Position numbers and translations under genes: made by a program
Part shown: positions 18,508 through 29,109 of the stretch, one piece after another
Numbering within the stretch: the first letter of the stretch is position 1
How the letters are laid out: every line of letters begins with the position of its first letter
Assembly (NCBI GenBank): GCA_963835455.1
Contig: CAWIFT010000003.1
Location: 686,061 to 750,060 of the forward strand
Direction: 5' to 3'
Source of the DNA: an uncultured Actinomycetes bacterium
GTDB taxonomy: Bacteria > Actinomycetota > Acidimicrobiia > IMCC26256 > PALSA-610
Length of the DNA: 64,000 bases
The notes under the pieces: generated by a model
Told to the model about the DNA's origin: nothing
The model's input: only the letters and a program-made list of their open reading frames with translations
The model's database searches: none

Positions 18508-21015
18508 TCAGCGGAGCTCGTAGATGGGGTTGACCACCGCGAGCCGGCCGTGGTGGTCGATGGCCATGCCCTCGATCGTCACCGTGGCCCCGATCGTGAT
18601 GCCGTCGATCTTGCGCCGCCCGAAGAACACGATCGCAACCTTGCCCGTCTCGTCGGCGAGGGTGCACTCGAGGCTCGGGGCGCCGCCGAGCGGCTCGACG
18701 CGGATCGCCTGGATCCGGCCGTGGATCTTCGCGTTCTGGCGGCACCGCACCTCGTCGATCGGCGTGGTGCCGGGTGGACGGATGAGCGTCGCGGTGTCGG
18801 CCGCGGCCCTCGCGTTGCCCTTCGCCTTCCCGTTCTTGGCGTTCGGCTTGCCGTTCGCGTCGGTCTCGCCGTTCCCGTCACCGCCGTCGCTGCCGTTCGG
18901 GACCGCATAGTCCTTCAGGGTCGGCGCGGCGGCGTCCTTCGCGACCGTGATCGGCTCGCGCTCGTCGAAGTGGAACGGCACGATCGTGACGTTCGCGTGG
19001 GGCAGACGCGAGATCTCGCGCGAGAGCGACTCGGCCGTCTTGTCGTGCAGCACGCTCCGCCATGCTCCACTGAACTTGCGCTCGGGGAGCAGCACGCACA
19101 CTTCCGACTCGCCCGAGGTGAGCTCGTGCGCGACCGTCTCGACCGCGGAACGGGTCAGGCGTCGATCGGGGCAGTCGATCAGCTCGAGCCCGAGGTTCGT
19201 CAGACCGTGTTGGCGCCACTCTTCCGCCAGCACTTCGGCGTGCTGTTCGTCGATCACGAAGTGCACCGCGCGCAGCTCGTCGGGCCGGAGCGCGCGTCCG
19301 AACTGGATGGCGCGGGCGACCGCGAGGTCGAGGCGGTCGACGAACACCATCACGACGAGCCGCTTGCGCACGGGCGCGACGACCGCCTTGGGAACGTCGT
19401 GCGCCAGCGCCTCGTCCTCGGTCTTGTACTGGTTGGCCAGGCGCATGAGCGCGAAGACCATGATCGGCACGAAGATCACGATGACCCAGGCGCCCTCCAT
19501 GAACTTGTAGCGGATGATGATGAGGTCGACGACGAGCGACAAGAAGGCGCCGACGCCGTTGACGAACAGGCCCCAGTGCCAGCCCTCTTCCTTCTCGCGG
19601 ATGTGGTGCTTGGCCATGCCGGCCTGCGAGAGGGTGAACGACGTGAACACGCCGATCGCGTACAGCGGGATCAGCCGGCTGACCTTCGCGTCCGTGGCGA
19701 GGAGCAGCACGATCGCGGAGGCGGCGAGGAAGATGATGCCGTTCGAGAAGACGAGCCGGTGCCCACGCTTGGTCAGTTGCCGGGGCATGAAGTTGTCGCC
19801 CGCGTGGAACGACGCGAGGCGGGGGAAGTCGGCGAAGCTCGTGTTCGCGGCGAGCACGAGAATGAGCATCGTGCCCGCCTGCAGGCAGTAGAAGAGAAGG
19901 TTGCCGACGAAGCCGCCGCCGTAGGCGAGCTTGCCGATCTGCGAGATCACGGTCGGTGTGCCGGCGACGTACGGCGCGACGTGCATGTGGGCATCCATGA
20001 CGGAGAGCCCGAGGAACATCACGCCGAGCAGTGAGCCCATGATGACGAGCGTCGTCCGTGCGTTCTTCCACGCGGGTTTCTTGAACGCGGGAACGCCGTT
20101 GGAGATCGCTTCGACACCGGTGACCGCCGCGCCGCCCGACGCGAACGAGTGCAGCACCACGGCGAGCCCCGCACCCATGAGGAGCCCGGAGCCCTTGGAG
20201 CCGAACGCCACCAGACCCGTTGCGTGCGCGTAATTGGCTTTGGGCAGCGTGCCCGCCATCGCCTTGTACACGCCGACCCCGATGAGGATCGCCATGTTGA
20301 CGATGAAGAAATACGTGGGGACCGCGAAGACCTTGCCCGATTCGCGGACGCCGCGCAGGTTGCCCCACGCGATGATGACGACGAACGCGATCGAGATCCA
20401 CAGGATCCACGGGTCGAACATCGAGAACGCCGACGCGAGCGCGGCGGTACCGGCCGCGACCGACACCGACACCGTCAACACGTAGTCGGTGAGCAGCGCG
20501 ACACCCGCGACCTGCGCGGGCAACAGACCGAAGTTGTCGCGGGTGACCATGTACGCGCCACCGGCGGTGGGGTACGCCTTGATCGTCTGGCGGTACGACA
20601 GGATCAAGAAGAACAGGACGACGAGGAGTGCCGTGGTGATCGGTACGACGAGCGCGAACGCGCCGAGCCCGATGACCGGGACGAGGACCCGCAGCATCTC
20701 TTCGGTGGCATACGCCGAGGACGACAGGTTGTCCGACGCGAAGACGGCCAGCGCCGTCGGCTTGCCGAGGCGCTCCTCCTCGAGTTGCTCGGTGTGCAGC
20801 GGCGGGCCGAGCAGCTTGTTCTTCAGCCGGTAGCGGAGGCTGTCGGGCGGCAGTTCGAGGCCCGGCACCAGCGGTACCGGCACGGGCATCGCCCGGGTCG
20901 TACTGCCCGGGTCGGTCGTGACGTCCGAGTCGGGGTCGGTCGGCTGCTCGACAAGCAAGGGAACGCTCCGCGCTCTGAGTCGTGTGGGTGCTGTGGGTGC
21001 GGCGATTGACCGCAA
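18508..21015 (-). CDS. APC-superfamily permease with cytoplasmic extension and C-terminal OB-fold domain
   Basis: About 12 TM helices (ALAVFASDNLSSSAYATEE..., AGGAYMV...). The C-terminal ~90 aa (IHGRIQAIRVEPLGGAPSLECTLADETGKVAIVFFGRRKIDGITIG...NPIYELR) resemble stand-alone actinobacterial OB-fold proteins. Start is either TTG 21015 or ATG 20889. Confidence 0.8.
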   Translation of the reverse strand: MRSIAAPTAPTRLRARSVPLLVEQPTDPDSDVTTDPGSTTRAMPVPVPLVPGLELPPDSLRYRLKNKLLGPPLHTEQLEEERLGKPTALAVFASDNLSSSAYATEEMLRVLVPVIGLGAFALVVPITTALLVVLFFLILSYRQTIKAYPTAGGAYMVTRDNFGLLPAQVAGVALLTDYVLTVSVSVAAGTAALASAFSMFDPWILWISIAFVVIIAWGNLRGVRESGKVFAVPTYFFIVNMAILIGVGVYKAMAGTLPKANYAHATGLVAFGSKGSGLLMGAGLAVVLHSFASGGAAVTGVEAISNGVPAFKKPAWKNARTTLVIMGSLLGVMFLGLSVMDAHMHVAPYVAGTPTVISQIGKLAYGGGFVGNLLFYCLQAGTMLILVLAANTSFADFPRLASFHAGDNFMPRQLTKRGHRLVFSNGIIFLAASAIVLLLATDAKVSRLIPLYAIGVFTSFTLSQAGMAKHHIREKEEGWHWGLFVNGVGAFLSLVVDLIIIRYKFMEGAWVIVIFVPIMVFALMRLANQYKTEDEALAHDVPKAVVAPVRKRLVVMVFVDRLDLAVARAIQFGRALRPDELRAVHFVIDEQHAEVLAEEWRQHGLTNLGLELIDCPDRRLTRSAVETVAHELTSGESEVCVLLPERKFSGAWRSVLHDKTAESLSREISRLPHANVTIVPFHFDEREPITVAKDAAAPTLKDYAVPNGSDGGDGNGETDANGKPNAKNGKAKGNARAAADTATLIRPPGTTPIDEVRCRQNAKIHGRIQAIRVEPLGGAPSLECTLADETGKVAIVFFGRRKIDGITIGATVTIEGMAIDHHGRLAVVNPIYELR

Positions 21016-21134
21016 CCCTCATCCCAACAGGACACTCGTCAATGCGGTATCAGGAACGCATCGGGCGCCGTCAAGAAGATGTCAAAAGGCGCCGATGCCG
21101 TCTCTCAGCCAACCGTCACATCGGACGTGCTTCA

Positions 21135-24100
21135 ATGAGGAGTGCGTCGAGGAGCGGCATGAGGCCAGGCTCGGGTACCCGGGGGGGTGCAAGGTTGCGT
21201 TTCGGGCGCCGCGCCGGCACGGCCGCGGTCGTCATGGCCACGGTCACCGGATTGCTCGCCGCGTTGCCGGCCCGGAGCGTCGCCCTGCCGGCGGCCCCGG
21301 TGGCCCCGCCGGCGAGTGTGGGCCCGGCGACCCGGTCGCCCCGTGCGGGCCGCGCGTTGGCGCGCACGGTTCCCGACATCGACTTCGACCACGTGGTCGT
21401 GCGCTTCCGGACGCTGCCGCCCGACATCGCGAGCCGGCTCGCACGCCGCGGGGCCCGGATCACCCGTGGGATCGACGGCACCCGGTGGACGGAGCTCGCG
21501 ACCCCGAATCACCGCGCGCGCCAGGTGCGGGCCGCCTTGGCGCACGACCCGACGATTGCTCAGGTCGCCTACTCCTACAGGCGGCACGCGTTGACGCTTC
21601 CCAATGATCCGCAGTGGGCGGCGGCGCAGAGCGATTACCTCGCCCCGCTGCGCCTCGATCGCGCGTGGGACATCAGCAAGGGCAGCGGCGTCACCGTCGC
21701 CGACGTCGACACCGGCGCGGATCTGAACCATCCCGATCTCGCGGGACAACTCGTCACCGGCCGCAACGTCTTGAATCCGTTCTCGACACCGCAGGACGAC
21801 AACGGTCACGGAACGATGACCGCGGGGATCGTGGCCGCGAAGACCGACAACGGTCGTGGGATCGTCGGGATGGCGCCGAGCGCGAAGGTGATGCCGATCA
21901 AGGTCCTCGACTCCAACGGCAGCGGGAGTGACGCGGACATCGCGGTCGGTATCGACTGGGCGCGCACGCACGGCGCGAAGGTGATCAACCTCTCGCTCGG
22001 CGGCTCGGCCGACGACCCCGTGCTCCGTGATGCCGTGGCCAACGCGATCGCGGCCAACGTGGTCGTGGTCGCGGCCGCCGGGAACGACGGTGTCGAAGGC
22101 GTGAACTTCCCGGCGGCGTATCCGGGCGTGATCGCGGTGAGCGCAACCGATCACCACGGCGCGCTGACCGCGTTCTCGAGCTTCGGCTGGCGCATCGACC
22201 TCACCGCGCCGGGTCTCGACATCACGTCGACGACACTCGGTACGGGTGACAACTACCAGAAGGAATCCGGCACGTCGTTCTCGTCGCCGATGGTCGCCGG
22301 CGTGGCCGCGCTGGTTCGCTCGCAACATCCCACGTGGACGCAGGCGCAGGTGGCGAACCGCCTTCGTGACACCGCGCGCGACATCGGATTGCCGGGGGTC
22401 GATCCCGCGTTCGGGCACGGGATGGTCGACCCGCTCGCGGCACTGGGCGGACCTCCGGCGGCTCCGGATCCCGCGCCCCGCTCCGGCGCGGACGAACCGA
22501 ACGACACGCCGACCGATGCGACGGCACTCGGCGTCGGCATCGTCCACAACGCCGCGATCGCGCCGGAGACCGACGAGGACTGGTACCGCGTCAATTTCGG
22601 CGCGACCGGCTGGTATTCGGTGCACATCGGCGCCGGAGTTTCGACGTTGGCGCACGCGATGGATCCGATCGTGGAGCTGTACCACGGGGACAATTCCTTT
22701 GCGGCGTCGCAGGAGCTCCAGGGGGGCGATCTCCTCTTCCAGATCTCCGTGACCGGCGACTACTTCGTGCGCGTGCGGAACCTGAACGGCAGTACCGCGT
22801 CGTACTCGGTCACCGTGAACACGGTCGGAGCACCGCCGCGGTTCGCGCCGGCGCTCGAGGTCGACTTCGGCACCCCCGCGACGTCCGCGGGGATCGCCGA
22901 CGTCGACGGTGACGGCCGGGGCGACGCACTCCTCGCGTTCGGCGACAGCTCGCAGATCCCCGACACGATCGCGGTCTTCCGGCAGACCCCGACGCGTTCA
23001 CTCGCCCTCCTTGCCGCGCTGCCGACCGATGTGATGACCGGCGGAGGAATGGCCACCGGCGATCTCGACGGCGACCTGAAGAGCGACGTTGCGATACCCG
23101 TGAGCGGGGGAATCGACTGGTTCACGAACGTCGGTCCGTCGAGCGTTTACCATTTCATCTCGCGTTCGGGGGTGACCTCACTCGCAATCGCCGACGTCGA
23201 CGGCGACGGCCACAACGACATCGTCGCGGCCGGTTCGTTCGGCGTCCGCGTGTATTGGGGTCCGGGATTCGGCACGTCCAACTCCGTCACGCCGACGGCG
23301 GCCTCGGGCGTTGCGGTCGGCAACGTGAGCCATCACCTCGACGGCCTCCTCGACGTCGTGACGACCGGGGTGAAGGTCTACCAGCAGACGAGCCTGCGCA
23401 CCTTTGCGGCGGCGACGCCGCACACTGTGGCGAACAGCGCGAACGTCGCCATCGGCGACATGAATACCGACACCTTGCCCGACGTGGTCACGAGCGCGCG
23501 CGCGAACCCCGGTTCGGCGACCGCACTGACGCAGGACGGCGCAGGCGGTCTCACCGCGGGCGCACCGATGCTTCTCGCCGCGATGCCACAGCCGATCGCC
23601 ACCAACGACATCGACGGCGACGGCCACGACGACGTCGTGGTGGTGCACGACACCGTCGGTCTCGGTTCGGCGAAGGTCGGGTGGCTTCCCCAAACTGCGC
23701 CCGGTTCGTTCGCGGGGGAACAGACGTTCACCATCGACGACGGCTTGGGCGCGAGTTACGACGCCAAGGCGCTCGCGGTCGGTGACGTCGAGGGCGACGC
23801 GCGTCCGGACGTACTCGTCGCCACGACCTACGGCATGGCGATCCTGATCCAGAACTCCGGTGTCCTTCCGTCGCTCGACAACGCGTGGATGCTCGACGCG
23901 CAGCCGAGCTCCAACGAAACGAACGTCGCCGCCGGCGTCGTCCCCACGATCACGCTCGGTCGCAACGCGACGAACGTCGACGGTACGACCGTCGAGCTCC
24001 GAGACGAGTCCGGCCATCAGGTCGCCGCGACCGTCGGCTACGACGGCGGGACCCATGTGATCACGATCACACCGACGGCGCCGTTGCCCGACGGCCGGTA

Positions 24101-25182
24101 CGCGGTGCACCTGGCCGGCCTCACCGACACGAACGGCGAGACGCTCACCGACGCGGGCACGACGTTCTCGGTCGGTCCGGCCCCCGACGAGACCGCGCCG
24201 CAGACAACGCTGCAATCGCCGCCGTCCGGGGTGCGGACCGTTGCCGCCACGACGCTCTCGTTCACGTCGAACGACTCGGGCGCGGTGTTCTGGTGCACCT
24301 TGGACAACGTTCCGTACCACGTGTGTACGTCGCCGCAACACGTCACCGCCAAGGCCGGCGCGAACTCGTTCCGCGTGTTCGCACGCGATGCCGCCGGCAA
24401 CGAAGACCCTTCACCCGCACTTGCGTCGTGGACGTATCAGCCGCCAGTGCACGGTTACTGGATGCTCGGACGCGCGGGCTCGATCTATCACTTCGGCAAC
24501 GCGCCGGGCCTGGGGAACGCCGCCACCACTTCTGCAGTCGACTTCGACGTGTCGCGGACGGGATACGGCTACTGGGTCGTCAGCTCGGCCGGACGGGTGT
24601 TCGCGTTCGGCGACGCCGGCTACCACGGCAACGCGCCCACACTCGCGGCCGGCGACTCCGTGACGAGTTTCAGCCGCGACCGCAACCGGGAAGGGCTACT
24701 GGTTGTTCACCAGCCGGGGCCGTGTCTACGCCTTCGGCGACGCCCACTTCTACGGCGACCTGCGCAACGTGCACCTGAACGGCGGCGTCGTCGATTCGGT
24801 GCGCACGCCGTCGGGTCACGGCTACTACATGGTCGCGACCGACGGGGGAGTGTTCTCGTTCGGCGACGCGAAGTTCCGCGGCTCGACCGGCAACTTGAGG
24901 CTGGCGGCGCCGGTGCGGTCGCTCGTGCCGGACCCCGACGGCAACGGCTACTGGCTCGTTGCCGTCGACGGCGGCGTGTTCGCGTTCTCGGCGCCGTTCC
25001 GTGGGTCGATGGGTGCGACGCGGCTCAACCGGGGAATTGTCGGCATGGTCGCGTTCGGCAACGGCTACCTGATGGTCGGGGCCGACGGCGGCATCTTCAA
25101 CTTCTCGAACAAGCAGTTCTTCGGCTCGCTCGGTGGGCACCCGCCCGCGATCCCGATCGTGTCGGTCGCGGCCTTCGGCTGA
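21135..25182 (+). pseudogene. secreted S8 (subtilisin-like) peptidase with FG-GAP/VCBS-like repeats, Ig-like region and six GYW repeats; one frame break
   Basis: Catalytic triad contexts DTGADLNHPDL, HGTMTAGIVAA and GTSFSSPMVAG. The frame changes near 24673-24678 (...GDSVTSF | ATATGKGYWLFTSRGRVYAFGD...), and the C-terminus continues in ORF 24703..25182. Confidence 0.85.
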
Positions 25183-25205
25183 GAGAGCAGACCGCGCGCG
25201 GGCGT

Positions 25206-25826
25206 TCAGTCGAGTTCGACCATCGCGCGGAACTCGTCGGTCGTGTTCACGTGCGGGAACGGCATGTCCGGAACGGGGAGCCCGAGTGCATCACAGATGG
25301 GTGCCCAGCCGTCGCCGGGCCGCCAGTCGACGAGTCGCTCGGCCGGGACCGCAGCGCGCACCTCGTCGTTGTGGCGAACGTACGCGGCCTGTGCCGCCGC
25401 GGGGTCGTCCCAATCGGGCGTGAACCGTTCGAACAAGCCTGAGATCATCTTCCTCTGCGCGGCCAGCGTCGGGTCCGGGGGCGTGCCCAGGCGCCCGACC
25501 GCGAAGATCGTGTCGTTCGCGCTCTTCCACCACGCCTGCGGACTCGAACGGCTGGACAGCAGCACGATCGCGTCGGGGAACGCGTCGGCGACATCGGACC
25601 AGAACCCGCAGACGGGCCAGTCGACGCAGGCCGTGAAGTCGCGCATCAGCGCGTGCCAGTCGACGGGTTTCCCGTCGATCGCGTCCTGCCAGACCGCGAT
25701 GTCGTCCGGACGCCCGAAGACCTCGACCATGTGGTAGCAGGATCCGCCCAGCAGTTGCTCCAGCGCGATCTTCAGTGAGTGAGTTCCGGTGCGGCCCAAT
25801 CCGGCCCCGACCACGCGCACGGTCAT
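25206..25826 (-). CDS. sulfotransferase family protein
   Basis: N-terminal PAPS-loop-like GAGLGRTGTHSLKIALEQLLGGSCYHM. 206 aa. Confidence 0.65.
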   Translation of the reverse strand: MTVRVVGAGLGRTGTHSLKIALEQLLGGSCYHMVEVFGRPDDIAVWQDAIDGKPVDWHALMRDFTACVDWPVCGFWSDVADAFPDAIVLLSSRSSPQAWWKSANDTIFAVGRLGTPPDPTLAAQRKMISGLFERFTPDWDDPAAAQAAYVRHNDEVRAAVPAERLVDWRPGDGWAPICDALGLPVPDMPFPHVNTTDEFRAMVELD

Positions 25827-25883
25827 GTGAGTCCCCGATCTCGACGGGTCGAGTCTAGATATCGGGAACGCGCGGCGGACCGG

Positions 25884-26564
25884 TCAGCGCGAGATGGCGG
25901 CGTCCGGAGCGTCCACGGTGGCAGCCGCCCCGGCACTGCGCGCCCGCAAGGCGGTCTCCGGGAGTTCCGGCTCCCGAACGCGCTCGGGGCGCGGCGTCGC
26001 GCCGACGCGGCGCGATCGACGCGGCGCCAGCACGCGGAACGAGATCAGCATGAAGACCAGGAGGCCTCCGGTGAGTGCCACCCACTGAATCGCGAGGTTC
26101 TTGTTGTCGGCGCCGGACGTGAATCCGTGAATGGTCGAGAACACGAACATCGGAATGCTCAACAGGTGGATCGAGTGCCACAGCTTGCGCGGCAGTCGCT
26201 TCATCATCCACGACGTCACCTGGATCGCGACGAGCAGATACGTCGCCGCGATGCCCCACGCGACCGCGCCCGGTCGCCACGGCGACGCAAACGGGATGAA
26301 CAGCTCCCGGCCACCGAAGTACACGAAGTTGTCGGCCCACAGCGCGAACAGGTGCACGCCGACGAACACGATCGACAGCGTCCCGAGGAACTTGTGCAGG
26401 TCGAGCAGCCAGGCGGGAATACCGCGGCGCCGGATCAGGCGGGTCGACAGCGCGAGACCCCAGAGGATGCTGAGCGTCACGAGGGCCCACGCGATCAAGC
26501 CCGAGGCGCGCGTGGCGTACCACGACAGCTTCCCGTTCAACTCGGCGAGCACGACCGCGTTCAC
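25884..26564 (-). CDS. ferric reductase-like (MsrQ/YedZ-type) transmembrane heme-b domain protein
   Basis: About six TM helices with conserved His positions (LHKFLG..., VGVHLF..., SIHLLS..., TIHGF). GTG 26564 overlaps the ApbE stop (GTGA). Confidence 0.7.
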   Translation of the reverse strand: MNAVVLAELNGKLSWYATRASGLIAWALVTLSILWGLALSTRLIRRRGIPAWLLDLHKFLGTLSIVFVGVHLFALWADNFVYFGGRELFIPFASPWRPGAVAWGIAATYLLVAIQVTSWMMKRLPRKLWHSIHLLSIPMFVFSTIHGFTSGADNKNLAIQWVALTGGLLVFMLISFRVLAPRRSRRVGATPRPERVREPELPETALRARSAGAAATVDAPDAAISR

Positions 26565-27499
26565 GCCGTTGCCCCGACTTCGACGACGCGACCGTCATCG
26601 TGGAAGATCCACGCTCGGGTCCCCGTCGATTGCGCGAGTTCGTGGGCGGTGGTGGCGCCGCCGATGATGATCGCCTTCGCGATGCCTTCGGCCCACCACG
26701 CGTCGTTTGCGGCCGCGACCACGGCGGCGACTCCGGTCCGGGCGGAGTCGCCGGTGGCCGGGTCGACGAGGTGGTGGTAGCTCCTGTTCCCGCGGGTCCA
26801 CGCGCGCATACGAGTTGTACTCGTCACGATCGCACCGTCCGTGAGCGGAAAACGGAAGGCAACGAGCGTTTCGTCGAACGGGTCGAGCACGGGAACGTCC
26901 CAGGAGCCGTCCGGGGGAGCCTCGCCGCGGGCGCGCAGGTCGCCTCCCATGCCGACGAGAGCCGTACGGGCGCCGCGGTCGACGAGCCCGCGCGCCACCA
27001 GATCGGCAGCCAGGCCCTTGCCGAGGCCACCGAGGTCGAGGCGCGTGCCCGGGGGGAGGCGGACGCGTGATCGTTCCTCGTCGACCTCGACGGGCGCGAA
27101 CCCGGGAACCGGTGCGCGCGGCGCGTCGACCTCGTGGTGCACGGCGACGAGCTCGAACGTTCGGTCGTAGCCGGTGCTTTCGAGCGCGTCGAGGATGGTC
27201 GGGTCGAATCGGCCCGCGGTCGCACGGTGAAGGTCCGCCGCACAGGTGAGCGCGAGCAGCAGCGTCGTGCTGACCTCGGTCCAGGCGCCGCCGGCGGCAT
27301 TGAGGTGCGACAGTTCGCTGTCGGGGCGGAACCGACTCCAACACTGCTCGAGTCGTTCCAGTTCGCCGATCGCCCATTCGACGACGCCGTCCGGGGCGTC
27401 GCCGACGACAACGTGCGCGATGCTCCCCATCGCCCGGCTGAGGCGTTCCGTCCAGTACGCGTCGCGAGTGTCGAGCGCGAACGCGTCGATCAGGGGCAT
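26561..27499 (-). CDS. apbE: FAD:protein FMN transferase (ApbE family)
   Basis: AMGS...HVVV near the N-terminus, DPTILDAL, LDLGGLGKGLAADL, and GMGGDL. The start overlaps the upstream gene by 10 nt. Confidence 0.8.
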   Translation of the reverse strand: MPLIDAFALDTRDAYWTERLSRAMGSIAHVVVGDAPDGVVEWAIGELERLEQCWSRFRPDSELSHLNAAGGAWTEVSTTLLLALTCAADLHRATAGRFDPTILDALESTGYDRTFELVAVHHEVDAPRAPVPGFAPVEVDEERSRVRLPPGTRLDLGGLGKGLAADLVARGLVDRGARTALVGMGGDLRARGEAPPDGSWDVPVLDPFDETLVAFRFPLTDGAIVTSTTRMRAWTRGNRSYHHLVDPATGDSARTGVAAVVAAANDAWWAEGIAKAIIIGGATTAHELAQSTGTRAWIFHDDGRVVEVGATA

Positions 27500-28277
27500 T
27501 TCGAGCCGGTGCACGGCGGCGGCGGGGGCGGCGGCGGCGTGGTGACCGGGACCGGCGCGCTGGTGACGGGCGGGCTGGTCGGTCCGGGGGTCACGTGCGG
27601 TGTGGTCGGGGCCGGACCCGGTGCCGGTTGTGACGGCGCCGGCGCGGGGTTCGCGGGGCTGCTCGGTCCGGTCGGCGATCCGCCACCGCCGGCCGCCGGG
27701 GGAGACGGGGCACCACCGGAAGGTGAAGCCGGCCATGAGATCGAGCCGCCCGAGTGCGAACCACCCGACGTGGAGCCGCCGTAGGTCGTGCCTCCGCCGG
27801 AGGGCTTGGGTCCCGTGCCGGACGCCGGCGTCGGCGACCCGGGCACGGCCACCAGCCCCTTCGGGAGCGACGGCGCCGGGATGGGGCGTCCGTATTGGTC
27901 GACGTAGATCGTGTGATGGACGTCCTTGATGACGATCTTCGGCGCCGCCGCGGGCCGCGTGACCGGGGTCTTGAGCGAGCTCGCGGCGGACGCGCCCGAC
28001 GTCTGCGACCCGAAGGCCGAGATCAACGACAGGAATGCCGACGACGAGAGGCCGACGCTGAGGATCCGCCCGGCCGCGGCCGGGTGGCGGCGCTTCGGTC
28101 GCTTCGTGGGTGCGGCGGCGGTCGGCGACGACGGCGTCATGTCGTCGCTCGACGCGGCGTGGATCGCCGTGACGTTCGCCGTGTGCTCAGGCGCCGGCGC
28201 CGGTTTCGCGCCGCCCGCGGCGGCTTTGCGCGCCGCGAGGCGGGCCAGGCGGGCGTCGAGATCGGGGTTGTCGCTCA
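27490..28277 (-). CDS. membrane-anchored Pro/Gly/Ser-rich protein, paralog of the upstream gene
   Basis: Starts MSDNPDLDARLARLAARK, has one TM (ILSVGLSSSAFLSLISAF) followed by GSQTSGASAAS. Shares the short block IVIKDVHHTIYVDQYG with its neighbour. Long P-rich tail ends PPPPPPPPCTGSKCP. Confidence 0.6.
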
Positions 28278-28288
28278 TCAAAGGCCCC

Positions 28289-28891
28289 TCAGTGGTCGCA
28301 GTTCCATACGCCGTTGTCCTCGAGCTGCGGTTGCTGGCAGTTCGGCGGCATCGGCGGGATCGGCTTGTCCTTCGGCCAGTCCTTGGGTACGCCCCGCGGC
28401 CACGTGGTGGTCGTGGTCGGAAGGGTCGTGGGGCTCGGCGCCGCGACGGTGGTCGGCGTGAGCGCGGCACCGGCGTCGGTCGTCGGGGTGGTGTTCGTTG
28501 TCGACGGCTTCGTCGCGGGCTTGGAGGTCGAGGCTTTCGGCTTCGACGTGGGTGTCGTCGAGTCGTGGCCCGGATCCGGCTCGGAGTTCGGCACGGTCGT
28601 TCCGGTGGAGGTCGGCGTCGCGCCGGCGACCGGTGTTCCGCCCGCACTCCAGCCCGCGGAGTTCTGGCCGTCGGTCGCGCCGCTGCCGGTGTCCACCACG
28701 AACTGGTCGTAGATGTTGCGGGTCTTGACGATCGTGCCGGGCGTGCCGGACGCCGCCGAGGCGGCCTTGCCGTTCGTGCCGCCGCCGAACCCCAGGAACG
28801 AGGCACCGGTCATCGACGCCCCGGCGACCAGGGTGCTCCCCAGGATGAGCGTGGCCGTGCCTGCCGCGGCCAACGCCTTCTTGCGTTCCAT
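28289..28891 (-). CDS. secreted/anchored Thr/Pro-rich protein carrying a DxxSGAT motif
   Basis: SD GAGGGGGA lies before ATG 28891. Signal/anchor MERKKALAAAGTATLILGSTLVAGA. Contains IVKTRNIYDQFVVDTGSGATDGQ (motif DNA 28673-28693). T/P-rich tail ends CQQPQLEDNGVWNCDH. Confidence 0.65.
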   Translation of the reverse strand: MERKKALAAAGTATLILGSTLVAGASMTGASFLGFGGGTNGKAASAASGTPGTIVKTRNIYDQFVVDTGSGATDGQNSAGWSAGGTPVAGATPTSTGTTVPNSEPDPGHDSTTPTSKPKASTSKPATKPSTTNTTPTTDAGAALTPTTVAAPSPTTLPTTTTTWPRGVPKDWPKDKPIPPMPPNCQQPQLEDNGVWNCDH

Positions 28892-29109
28892 CGCATCCCC
28901 CTCGTGAACGGCTAGAGGTATTTCGGCGCTTTCATGCCCCGACCTCAAGCCCCCGGCCGCATGTTTGCGACAGCCTTATGTCCGGCTTGCAGTGAGCTGG
29001 ACCGGTTATCGCCGCGCGACATCGGCGGGGTGACGGTTCGGTTCAACGATGTGACCGGCGACACATTCGGCGCGCCCGAGCCGCCCCGGCGGAGCGGGTC
29101 CCGTCCGGA

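Noticed and set aside
24660-24700. Frame breaks as programmed ribosomal frameshifts or phase-variation switches.
   Set aside because: No slippery heptamer, downstream pseudoknot or long homopolymer occurs at the sites. The affected genes (asnB, dinB, aminotransferases) have no known recoding. Assembly indels or recent mutations are more economical, and only the (CG)n coincidence was kept as a separate finding.
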